A stretch of DNA of 64,000 nucleotides, from contig CP070716.1 of the NCBI GenBank assembly GCA_020350425.1, positions 2,591,382 to 2,655,381 on the forward strand. Reading direction: 5' to 3'. This DNA comes from Gemmatimonadota bacterium (lineage in GTDB: Bacteria; Gemmatimonadota; Gemmatimonadetes; Gemmatimonadales; GWC2-71-9). Below, piece by piece: positions 9,558-17,862 of the stretch (positions are counted from its first letter, which is position 1; each line of letters opens with the position of its first letter). The notes under the pieces are model-generated. The model saw nothing but the letters and a program-made list of their open reading frames with translations. It was not told the DNA's origin and did not search any database. Position numbers and translations under genes: made by a program.

Positions 9558-10299
9558 GGGATCCCATCCGGAAGGCCACGTACACGAGGAGGAGCGCGAA
9601 GATCAGCTTGAGCGCCCGTTGAGGCAGCTTGCCGCCCACGAGCGCCGCGACGCCCGCCCCCGCCAGGGTGCCGATCATGGCCACGCCCGCGATGCCCAGC
9701 GCCACGTCCCCACGCGCCAGATACACCAGCGCCGCCCCGGCGGCCGTCACCCCGATCATGTACACGCTGGTCGCGACGGAGCGATCGAACGGCATGCCCA
9801 GGAGCAGATGCAGGATGGGCACGTTGAGCACGCCGCCACCCACGCCCAGCAGCCCCGCGACGGCGCCGGCACCCACTGAAGCGCCGGCCGCGAGAGGGCG
9901 GCGTTCGTGCGCCACGTCGTGTGGCGGGGCCACCGCGTGCGCACGGGGCCACATGCGGAATGCGGTGATCAGCAGCAGGAGGGCGAAGGCGAGGTAGAGC
10001 GGCGCCACGGGGACGTACACCGCTGCGAGTCCGGCAGTCACCGCCCCGAGCACGGTGTAGAGCTGGAGCCGCACTCCGACGCCCAGATCGACGCGCCCAG
10101 TGCGCAGATAGACCGCCGAGCCCGCCACCGACGTCGCCACCACGCAGACGAGACTGGCCCCGACCGCAGTGTGAAACGGCAGGCCAGCCACCAGGATCAG
10201 GCCCGGCACCAAGATGATGCCGCCCCCAACGCCCAGTACCGCCCCGAAGCTGCCGGCCAGGAGCCCCACGGCGACGAGCTCGAGAAAGGTCGCGCTCAC
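9538..10299 (-). CDS. TauE/SafE family sulfite/anion exporter-like membrane protein
   Basis: 253 aa, polytopic and glycine-rich, with duplicated 4-TM halves (LLGVGGG motifs twice). GTG start. Confidence 0.8.
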   Translation of the reverse strand: MSATFLELVAVGLLAGSFGAVLGVGGGIILVPGLILVAGLPFHTAVGASLVCVVATSVAGSAVYLRTGRVDLGVGVRLQLYTVLGAVTAGLAAVYVPVAPLYLAFALLLLITAFRMWPRAHAVAPPHDVAHERRPLAAGASVGAGAVAGLLGVGGGVLNVPILHLLLGMPFDRSVATSVYMIGVTAAGAALVYLARGDVALGIAGVAMIGTLAGAGVAALVGGKLPQRALKLIFALLLVYVAFRMGSRGLAAF

Positions 10300-10349
10300 A
10301 ATGAGCGCAAACTTAACGGCGGGCTATGTGCGGGGCTACGCTGCGACGG

Positions 10350-10841
10350 TTACCAGAGCTTCACCGCGGGCCAGCGCTTTGCGAGGTAGTAGTCCACCCC
10401 GAACGCCCGCCCGGCGGCGCCCAGCATCACGATCAGCGCGATGAAGAAGAAGGCCGCGTCGTTACTCGAGCCCATCCAGAACCAGCGGCCCTTGAGGAAC
10501 ATGAAATTGAGCATCATGAAGGCGGTGCCGCCGGCGGCGAGGCGCGTGGCCGTCCCCGTGATCAGCGCCAACCCACCCAGCACCTCCCCCATGATGACGA
10601 GTGCCGCAAACAGCCCGGCGTTGGGCACGACCACGCCCTCGAGGAAGCCCTGGTAGAACCCGTGCGTGGACCCGTTGGCGATGTTGCGCTCCGCCATCCC
10701 CACGAGCCGGGAGGCAAACTCACCCTCCCCCGACAGCTTCCCCCACCCCGCCACCAGCACAACGGTACCCAGATACACGCGCAACACGACGAGCAGGACG
10801 CGTTGCACGACTTGCGATAGGCTGTCGGACACAAAGCTCAC
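10350..10841 (-). CDS. DoxX family membrane protein
   Basis: 163 aa with 4 TM segments. LRVYLG...AGWGKL N-terminal signature. GTG start preceded by GGAGGA. Confidence 0.75.
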   Translation of the reverse strand: MSFVSDSLSQVVQRVLLVVLRVYLGTVVLVAGWGKLSGEGEFASRLVGMAERNIANGSTHGFYQGFLEGVVVPNAGLFAALVIMGEVLGGLALITGTATRLAAGGTAFMMLNFMFLKGRWFWMGSSNDAAFFFIALIVMLGAAGRAFGVDYYLAKRWPAVKLW

Positions 10842-10903
10842 GGGCTCCTCCGGGAAGGTCGTTCGGAGAGTGACGCCTGACGGGCCGCGGGGGATTCAGC
10901 GGG

Positions 10904-11848
10904 TCAGGCGCTGTCGGCTTTCAGCAGGGAGAGGGCGACGTCCGCGTCGCTGCGCTGGGGAGCCGCCGAGACCTTGCGCAGAGCAGCCACGATCTCGCGG
11001 GCGAAGGTCTTCCCCACCCCCTTCTCCATCTCTTCGATGGCGGTCCACGGAGCGAAGGCCGGCCGCAGCGGCGTGTGCATTTGCAGCGTCTCGAAGCCGT
11101 CGGCGACCGCCAGGATCTTGGTCGCGGTCAAGAACGGCAAGTGGTCGAGCGGCCAGTCGTCGCCCACCACCTCATAGTACCGCTCGTACTCCTGCAGGAT
11201 ATCGAAGGCCCCGCGCATGGCGCTGGCCACCGGCAGCTCACGGAATGCGCCGGGGAACTCCGAGAGCAGGCGCAGCAGGCGCGGATCGCGCGGACCCACC
11301 TCGTGCAGCAGCGCGGCAAGGCGCAGGTTCTCGACGTCCTCCTCCCGCAGCCCGATCTCCTTGCCGAGCAGGGTGGCCAGCTTGGCCACGCGGTGGCTGT
11401 GGCCACGGTGGGCCTTCTCGCTGGATTCGAGGTGGAAGGTGAGCAGCTCGAGCACCGCCATGTAGGCGGCCTTGAGGTCACGCAGGCGATGCTGCCGCTG
11501 GTCGGCCAGGCCGCCGACCACATAGCCAGTCAGGATGAGAAAGCCGCCCCAGGGAACCAACGTGAAGAGAGCCCCGGCGGTCAGCCCCGCCGTAGCCTCC
11601 AGGCCCTGCACCGCCTGGAAGAAGAGGACCAGCCCCACGATCAGGACCGCCGACGAGACCGCCGTGTTCCGTCCCAGGAAGAACCCCGCCACGATGATGG
11701 GCAGGTAGTAGAAGCTGAGGAACGCGACCTTGTAGTCGACGAACCAATGAATGAGGAGGAGCGAGAGCACCAACCCCACGACGAGCACCTTCTCGAAGTG
11801 GACGTATACGTGCCACTTCACCGTCTCGAGAGCGCTGCGCTGCGGCAT
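10904..11848 (-). CDS. membrane-anchored HD-domain protein (degenerate HD-GYP-like)
   Basis: ATG at 11848 is preceded by GGAGG (the ORF-track extension to 12064 has no support). About 4 N-terminal TM segments, then an HD-type domain (HSHRVAKLATLL, AALLHEVG, ILAVADGFETL). Confidence 0.75.
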   Translation of the reverse strand: MPQRSALETVKWHVYVHFEKVLVVGLVLSLLLIHWFVDYKVAFLSFYYLPIIVAGFFLGRNTAVSSAVLIVGLVLFFQAVQGLEATAGLTAGALFTLVPWGGFLILTGYVVGGLADQRQHRLRDLKAAYMAVLELLTFHLESSEKAHRGHSHRVAKLATLLGKEIGLREEDVENLRLAALLHEVGPRDPRLLRLLSEFPGAFRELPVASAMRGAFDILQEYERYYEVVGDDWPLDHLPFLTATKILAVADGFETLQMHTPLRPAFAPWTAIEEMEKGVGKTFAREIVAALRKVSAAPQRSDADVALSLLKADSA

Positions 11849-12041
11849 GGACCTCCCTGGCGGAGCATAACTCCCTGCACGGGCAGGGCGTGGAGGGCGC
11901 CCCCCCAATGTGGGCCAAACGTGTTGTCGGTCAAGGGCTTGGCCGTGAGGCACCCGTGATCGCCCCGGCCGTCCGGAGTTTGCGGACCCGCGGTCGCCGC
12001 GTAGGTTTCTGGCCGCGACGACCTGACCGACACGAGGGCCA

Positions 12042-12494
12042 ATGCCGCAGCCCGCCCAACCCAAACCACACCCGCTGCTCGCGGGCTACCCGGTGGTCGA
12101 GACCATTCCCGTCCAGTGGGGCGACATGGACGCGTATGGCCACGTCAACAACACCGTCCTGTTCCGCTATTTCGAGACGGCGCGAATCGCCTACCTGGAC
12201 CGGTGCGGCTTTCTGGAGAGCTACGACCGGGATCGCGTCGGGGCGATCCTGCACTCCACCGATTGCCGCTTCCGGCGCGCCATCATCTATCCCGACACGG
12301 TCCAAGTGGGCGGGCGGGCCGTGTCCGTCGATGAGGACCGGTTCACGATGGCCTACATGGTGGTATCGCTCGTCCACGACGACGTGGTGGCCGAGGGATC
12401 GGGGATCGTCGTCTCGTTCGACTACAACACGCGCGAGAAGGCACCCCTGCCGGAGCGGGTGCGCACTGGAATCGAAGCGGTGGAGGGAAAGTAG
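12042..12494 (+). CDS. acyl-CoA thioesterase, 4HBT/YbgC-like hotdog fold
   Basis: 150 aa with VQWGDMDAYGHVNNTVLFRYFETARIAYL, typical of hotdog thioesterases. Confidence 0.85.
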   Translation: MPQPAQPKPHPLLAGYPVVETIPVQWGDMDAYGHVNNTVLFRYFETARIAYLDRCGFLESYDRDRVGAILHSTDCRFRRAIIYPDTVQVGGRAVSVDEDRFTMAYMVVSLVHDDVVAEGSGIVVSFDYNTREKAPLPERVRTGIEAVEGK

Positions 12495-12501
12495 CGGGCG
12501 G

Positions 12502-12816
12502 CTAGAGCAGCCCGGATTTCGCAGCGCCCCAGAGCTTGTACAAACGGTCGAACCCGTTCTGCAGGATGTCCACGGACTGCGGACTGGGCTCGGCGCGGGC
12601 AGCCGTGAGCAGCTCGTCGCAGATCTTGGGCATCTCGCGGCGTCCCTTGGCGGCCGAGTCCCGCTTGACCTGCTCGAGAATCTCGATGACCCGCTGCCGC
12701 GTCGGCCCGTCGTCGGGCGCCTGCCACAGGAAGGTGGCCGCATCGCGGCCTTCTAGGATCGCCTGTCCCGTCTGGTCGAGCAGGGGCTCGCTCTTGCGCT
12801 TCTGGCCATCGGTCAT
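12502..12816 (-). CDS. hypothetical soluble protein
   Basis: 104-aa ORF with ATG start and very high third-position G+C. No family recognised by eye. Confidence 0.6.
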   Translation of the reverse strand: MTDGQKRKSEPLLDQTGQAILEGRDAATFLWQAPDDGPTRQRVIEILEQVKRDSAAKGRREMPKICDELLTAARAEPSPQSVDILQNGFDRLYKLWGAAKSGLL

Positions 12817-12887
12817 GGCCTGAAGCTACCCTCGCACCGGGTGGTGTGACAGTGCACCCGATCACCCCCGGGATGTGACGCCGCGCC

Positions 12888-13781
12888 CTAGGCGGAGCCC
12901 CGCCCCCCGGGCCTGAGCCGCCCCACCACGACGGTGATGTTGTCGCTCCCGCCGCCGTCCAGCGCATCCTGCAGAAGATCCTGGCACACCTGCTTTGCCG
13001 ATTCCATGCTGCTCAGCCGCTCGCGGATGCGCTCGTCGGATACGTGCTTCGTGAGCCCGTCACTGCAGAGCAGGCCCACGTGCTTCCAGGCCTGGTCGAT
13101 ACGCGTGACCACCGGAACGCTCTCACTGCCGCCGATGGCGCTCGACAGCACGTGCGCCCAGCGGCTGTTGTCGGCGTCCGCCCGCGTGAGCACGCCCTGA
13201 TCCACCAGCTCCTGCGCCATGGTCTGGTCACGCGTGATCTGGGTGAGCACCCCATCGCGGAAGAGGTAGCACCGGCTATCACCGACCTGCAGGAAATACG
13301 CCTGGGGCCATACCCCCAGCCACAGCGTGAGCGTGGTCGCCATGCCGGCCCGACTGGGATCCTCCTCCGCCTTCTGCACCACGCTGGCGTGACACCGCAT
13401 CGCCGCCTCGTGCAGTGCGTCGAGAAACACCCCCTCGTCGCTGCTGTCCACGTCGTAGTAGCAGCGCATGCTCTGCGCGACATACTGGGCGATCGCCTCG
13501 ATGGCGGTCCGGCTCGCCTCCTCCCCCTTCCGCCCGCTCCCCACGCCGTCGGCGACCATCGCGAGGTACGCCAGCCGCTCGTCGGCCGGCGCCCACTGCC
13601 CGGCGTTCGGCAGGCTCGAGAAGTGAATCTCCATGCGCTTGCGGAGGGAGCTGACCAGGAAGTGATCCTGGTTGGACTCGCGCACCTTCCCGGGATGCGT
13701 GAGGCCGTAGGCATCGAACTCGCCGGGAAACGGCGTGCGCTCGGCGGAGCCGACCGAAGGGGCCGGATCGGGTGACGTCAT
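12888..13781 (-). CDS. PP2C-family serine/threonine protein phosphatase
   Basis: Start set to the ATG at 13781, because the ORF-track extension runs through the tRNA gene. AYGLTHPGKVRESNQDHF, VADGVGSG and GGSDNITVVV motifs. Confidence 0.85.
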   Translation of the reverse strand: MTSPDPAPSVGSAERTPFPGEFDAYGLTHPGKVRESNQDHFLVSSLRKRMEIHFSSLPNAGQWAPADERLAYLAMVADGVGSGRKGEEASRTAIEAIAQYVAQSMRCYYDVDSSDEGVFLDALHEAAMRCHASVVQKAEEDPSRAGMATTLTLWLGVWPQAYFLQVGDSRCYLFRDGVLTQITRDQTMAQELVDQGVLTRADADNSRWAHVLSSAIGGSESVPVVTRIDQAWKHVGLLCSDGLTKHVSDERIRERLSSMESAKQVCQDLLQDALDGGGSDNITVVVGRLRPGGRGSA

Positions 13782-13831
13782 GTCGTCATACCTGGCCACG
13801 TACCGAGAAAGAGTAACACCACGAAGTAGAG

Positions 13832-13916
13832 TGCCCGGGGCGGGAGTCGAACCCGCACGGGATATTGTCCCCAGGGATTTTAAGTCCCTTGCGTCTGCCC
13901 ATTCCGCCACCCGGGC
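13832..13916 (-). tRNA. tRNA-Leu, anticodon UAA
   Basis: Hand-folded cloverleaf of 85 nt. Acceptor GCCCGGG/CCCGGGC with discriminator A; anticodon stem AGGGA/TCCCT with loop CTTAAAA; long variable arm; T-arm GCGGG-TTCGACT-CCCGC. CCA is not encoded. Confidence 0.9.
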
Positions 13917-14065
13917 CTCGCAACCTAACATCGCACCACGCCAGGCGCCGCGGAAGCCGACGCGCTTGACGCCAGCCACGGCACTACACACCTTACTCGC
14001 CGTCGAGCCGACCCGAGAGCAACGGGCTCGAGCCGACTCACTCTCACCCTCGGCGGAGGCGTCGA

Positions 14066-14485
14066 ATGGCACTCTCCCGCTCCGCGGCGAACACCATCGT
14101 CGCCGTCATCGTACTCGTCGGGCTGGCCGCCATGGGGGGCATCATCTGGTACGTGGAGGAGCCGGGCCTGCGCCTTCCGCTGGCGCTGCTCGCGATGATC
14201 CCCGTGATGTGGGCGCTCGTCTGGGCGTCGAAGAAGGGGCTCACCGAGGAGTTCCAGCCCCCGCCCATGCACAAGCGCCGTTACCTCAAGCTACGGTCCA
14301 AGGTGAAGATGATGATCGACGAGATCACACGCCTCCATTGGACCATCGTCGACGGGCGCCGCGGCCTCCGACCCGCCTCCGACGTGCAGAAGGAGGCCGA
14401 TCAGATCGAAGAGCGGCTGCACAAGATGATCGGCGACCTGCGGGAGAGCGCGGGCGATATCGCCCCCGGCGAGGACTGGGACTAG
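14066..14485 (+). CDS. hypothetical membrane protein (2 TM plus charged helical tail)
   Basis: 139 aa. GGAGG lies 6 nt upstream of the ATG, third-position G+C is high, and a strong terminator follows. Confidence 0.65.
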   Translation: MALSRSAANTIVAVIVLVGLAAMGGIIWYVEEPGLRLPLALLAMIPVMWALVWASKKGLTEEFQPPPMHKRRYLKLRSKVKMMIDEITRLHWTIVDGRRGLRPASDVQKEADQIEERLHKMIGDLRESAGDIAPGEDWD

Positions 14486-14524
14486 CCGCCGACCCAGGGT
14501 CCGACCGGTGACCCGCCTCTGCTC

Positions 14525-14564
14525 GCGAACGGCGCCCCACCGGGCGCCGTTCGCGTTATCTTCT
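14525..14564 (+). terminator. intrinsic terminator
   Basis: Perfect 12-bp stem GCGAACGGCGCC / GGCGCCGTTCGC with a 6-nt loop, followed by GTTATCTTCTG. Confidence 0.6.
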
Positions 14565-14571
14565 GCCCGCA

Positions 14572-16365
14572 ATGCCTGATCTCGACGACCTTCGCGCGTG
14601 GCAGCGCGCCGTCTCGGCGCGGGTCTCGGGCTGGGCTGACCTGCTGATCTCCCAGCTCCCCAGGCTGGGCATCGACGAGAACACCCTTCTGCTCGCGTTC
14701 GCGGTCATCATCGGGAGCGCGGTCGGCCTGTCGGTAATCGTCTTCTACAAGCTCATCGACCTCGCGCAGGCCGGCGCCCTCACCGCCGTCGGGCGGCTCA
14801 CCGGGATCGGCAGCCTCGCCATCGTGCTCATGGTCGTGGGGGGCCTCAGCCTGACGCGGCTGCTGGTGCGCTACGGCACGAACGACTCGGACGGCGAGAA
14901 CATCCCGGACGTCATGCGCGCGGTGGCCAAGCGCAGCGGGGTGCTGCACACCTGGCCGGTGCTGGTGAAGACCGCGGGCGCGGCGCTCGCCATCGGGACG
15001 GGGGGGTCGGTGGGTGCCGAGGGTCCCGTCGCCGTGGCCGGCTCCGGTCTGGGCTCGAAGATCGGACGGTTCTTCCGCTCCGGGCCCGAGCGCCTGCGGC
15101 TGCTCGTCGCCTGCGGCGCCGCGGCTGGGATCTCGGCCGCCTTCAACGCGCCGATCGCCGGCGTGTTCTTCTCCTTGGAGAAGGTGATCGGGAGCTTCGG
15201 GGTCCGTGCGTTCCCGCCGGTACTCGTCGCCAGCGTGATCGCGGCGGCCATCTCACGGGCCGCCTTCGGCGACTCACCCGTCATCGAGATCCCCACCGAG
15301 TACGGCGTGGGCGACGCCAGCGAGCTGCTGCTGTACGCGTTGCTCGGCATCGTGACCGGCGTCGTGGCCGTGCTGTACACCCGGGGGGTGTACTGGATGC
15401 AGGACCTGCTGGGAAAGATCAGAGGTATCTGGCCCCAGGTGCTCATGGGGGCGCTGCTCGTGGGCGCCCTGGACGTCGTGTTCAAGGCCGACCTGTGGGG
15501 CCAGGGGCACGAGACCCTTTCCATCGAGATCATCGGCGCGCGCACCGGCTACTTCCTCGTCGGCCTCGCGCTCGCCAAGATCGTCGTGACGGCCGCCACA
15601 CTTGCCGTGACCCGGGCGGGCGGCGTGTTCACCCCTGCCCTGTTCATCGGAGCCACCCTGGCGGGCGGGCTGGCCGTATCGGCCACCCAAGTCGTTCCCG
15701 GCTTCACGATTGCGCCCGAGGCGTTCGCGCTCGTGGGAATGGCGGGTCTGGTGGCCGGGAGCACCCACGCTCCCCTGACCGCCATCATGATCGTGTTCGA
15801 GATGACGAGCGACTACGCCCTGATTCTCCCGCTCATGCTGTGCGGCGCGGTCGCCTATATCACGGCGCGGCGCATCTATCCCGAGTCCATCTACTCCGCG
15901 TGGCTGGTGCGGCGCGGCGAGCGCATCCGCCTGGGGCGGGACACGGAGGTGATGGAGCGCCTGCAGGTGCGGGATTCCTACAACCATAATCCACAGGTCA
16001 TCGGCGAGGGCGCGACCGTCTCACAGATCCTTCAGGCGATCGGCTCGAGCCCACAGATCGAGTTCCCCGTGATGGACGAGGAGCTGCGGCTCGTCGGCAT
16101 GCTCACCTACGACGACTTGCGCACCGTGCTCTCCCAGGCCGACCGCTACGCCGCGGTGGTGGTGGCGGGGGACCTGGCGAACCCGAGCTTCGAGCGCGTG
16201 ACACCGGAGGACTCCCTGGCCACCGCACTGCAGAAGCTCACGGTGCGGGGCAGCCACTACATCCCGGTCGTGGACGCGGCCGCGGCCGATCGCCTCGTCG
16301 GGGTGATCGGGCGACAGGAGATCCTGGCCGCCTACGATCGGGAGCTGCTGCGGGAAGCCGACTGA
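14572..16365 (+). CDS. ClC family chloride channel/antiporter with C-terminal CBS pair
   Basis: 597 aa. GGSVGAEGP (gating Glu retained) and GVFTPAL motifs. The C-terminal ~150 aa are CBS-like. Confidence 0.9.
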   Translation: MPDLDDLRAWQRAVSARVSGWADLLISQLPRLGIDENTLLLAFAVIIGSAVGLSVIVFYKLIDLAQAGALTAVGRLTGIGSLAIVLMVVGGLSLTRLLVRYGTNDSDGENIPDVMRAVAKRSGVLHTWPVLVKTAGAALAIGTGGSVGAEGPVAVAGSGLGSKIGRFFRSGPERLRLLVACGAAAGISAAFNAPIAGVFFSLEKVIGSFGVRAFPPVLVASVIAAAISRAAFGDSPVIEIPTEYGVGDASELLLYALLGIVTGVVAVLYTRGVYWMQDLLGKIRGIWPQVLMGALLVGALDVVFKADLWGQGHETLSIEIIGARTGYFLVGLALAKIVVTAATLAVTRAGGVFTPALFIGATLAGGLAVSATQVVPGFTIAPEAFALVGMAGLVAGSTHAPLTAIMIVFEMTSDYALILPLMLCGAVAYITARRIYPESIYSAWLVRRGERIRLGRDTEVMERLQVRDSYNHNPQVIGEGATVSQILQAIGSSPQIEFPVMDEELRLVGMLTYDDLRTVLSQADRYAAVVVAGDLANPSFERVTPEDSLATALQKLTVRGSHYIPVVDAAAADRLVGVIGRQEILAAYDRELLREAD

Positions 16366-16378
16366 GTCCCCCGCCTCG

Positions 16379-16407
16379 TTGACATTCCGGCCCCTCCGGC
16401 ATAACGT
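16379..16407 (+). promoter_or_regulatory. sigma70-like promoter candidate
   Basis: TTGACA (16379-16384), 17 nt, TAACGT (16402-16407), about 30 nt upstream of the FadL-like gene start. Confidence 0.35.
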
Positions 16408-16437
16408 CGCCAAATTACTCTACCGGTAGGGAGTCCT

Positions 16438-17850
16438 ATGAGACGAGCGATATCGGGTCTGGCAGTCGCCGTCGCGCTCGCTGCCATCCCTGGGACCGTT
16501 CTGGCCCAGGGATTCCAGGTGAACGAGCACGGCACGTGCGTGATGGGGCGGGCAGGCACTGGGGTCGCCGCTCCCTGTGATGACGCGTCGACGATCTTCT
16601 ACAACCCGGCCGGACTCGCCGGCATGCAGGGGTTCACGATCAGCGCCGGTGTCACGGCCATCTACGCCATCGGGAACTTCGTCGACGACCTCAATCAGGG
16701 CGAGGCGAAGCTCCAGAACGGCGTCATTCCGGTACCACACCTTTACGCCGCCTATGGCAAGGACAAGTGGGCCGCGGGCGTCGGCGTCTTCGTCCCGTAC
16801 GGGCTCGGCACGATATGGCCCGATACCTTCGAGGGACGATTCAACGGCTACGACAACGACCTGCGGTCGATCTACATTCAGCCAACCGCGTCGTACCAGG
16901 TTCTGGACTGGCTCATGGTGGGCGCCGGGCTCGACATCGTGATCGGGTCGCTCAAGCTGACGCAGCGCCTGGACCTCTCCGCTCAGGAGTTGCCGCTCCC
17001 CGGCCTCCCCGCAGGCACCACCGTCGGCCAATTGGGAATCCCATTCCACACCGAATTCGCCGAAGGCCTGCTGGAAGGCCATGGGGCCATGGGCATCGGC
17101 GGGAACTTCGGCGTGCGCATCAAGCCGGTCGAGAGCGTGGACATCGGCGTCCGGTACATCACCCGGGTGAAGCTCGACTACGACGGCACCGCGACGTTCG
17201 CGCAGGTGCCGAGCGGCCTGATCCTGCCGCCGAACAACGGGATCGCCCCCGCGTTGGGACTGGATCCGGCCCAGCCGCTCCCGGTGGACTCGCTGGTTGC
17301 CGGCCTCGGTCTGTTCGCCGACGGCGCCACGCTGTCGGACCAGACCGTGACCACGTCGATCACCATGCCCGACCAGTTCAGCGTTGGCGTGGCGATCCAG
17401 GCGTTCGACGACCTCAAGGTGCTGGGCGAGTGGCAGTGGGTGCACTGGTCGCTGTTCGAGACCCTGGAGGCCGACTTCCAGTACGCGCCCAACCTCACCC
17501 TCCACGAGAATTACCGAAACACCAACGGCTTCCGTTTCGGCCTCGAATGGGCCACCACCGAAAACGTGGATCTCCGGGGCGGGTACCTCTACCACGAGGC
17601 AGCGGCACCCGACCAGACGGTGACGCCGCTGCTGCCTGAGGGAGCGCGCAACGAGTTCACCCTCGGCGGGGGCTTCCGGATGGGCAGCCGCTTCGCATTC
17701 GACGTGGCGTACCAGTTCATCCGACAGGACAAGCGGCGCGGCCGCGTGCGCGATGCCGAACCCGGCCAGACGCCGACGGCCGACTTGAACAGCGGCGTGT
17801 ACACCTTCAACGCTCACCTCTTCGCCGCCACCTTCGTGGTGCACTTCTAG
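16438..17850 (+). CDS. outer-membrane hydrophobic-compound transporter, FadL/TodX/OmpP1 family
   Basis: Signal peptide ending VLAQG. N-terminal DDASTIFYNPAGLAG, a beta-strand-rich sequence and a terminal ...FVVHF. Confidence 0.8.
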   Translation: MRRAISGLAVAVALAAIPGTVLAQGFQVNEHGTCVMGRAGTGVAAPCDDASTIFYNPAGLAGMQGFTISAGVTAIYAIGNFVDDLNQGEAKLQNGVIPVPHLYAAYGKDKWAAGVGVFVPYGLGTIWPDTFEGRFNGYDNDLRSIYIQPTASYQVLDWLMVGAGLDIVIGSLKLTQRLDLSAQELPLPGLPAGTTVGQLGIPFHTEFAEGLLEGHGAMGIGGNFGVRIKPVESVDIGVRYITRVKLDYDGTATFAQVPSGLILPPNNGIAPALGLDPAQPLPVDSLVAGLGLFADGATLSDQTVTTSITMPDQFSVGVAIQAFDDLKVLGEWQWVHWSLFETLEADFQYAPNLTLHENYRNTNGFRFGLEWATTENVDLRGGYLYHEAAAPDQTVTPLLPEGARNEFTLGGGFRMGSRFAFDVAYQFIRQDKRRGRVRDAEPGQTPTADLNSGVYTFNAHLFAATFVVHF

Positions 17851-17862
17851 GAGGATCGAGAC

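Noticed and set aside
13782-14065. tRNA-Leu as an integration hotspot or genomic island boundary
   Set aside because: There is no integrase, no direct repeat of the tRNA 3' end nearby, and no visible compositional shift. The flanking genes look native (same G+C and codon style).
12888-14072. 394-aa version of the PP2C ORF given by the ORF track
   Set aside because: The N-terminal 97 codons run straight through the tRNA-Leu gene (13832-13916). The internal ATG at 13781 gives a normal-length PP2C beginning just before the conserved HPGKVRESNQD block.
14486-14571. Possible fluoride (crcB-type) riboswitch upstream of the ClC gene
   Set aside because: The conserved riboswitch core elements as I remember them (GGCGAUG...CUGAUGAUGCCU-like) are absent. 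This ClC also has a CBS-domain tail and a conventional GxEGP motif rather than the features of the short fluoride-specific ClC-F group.
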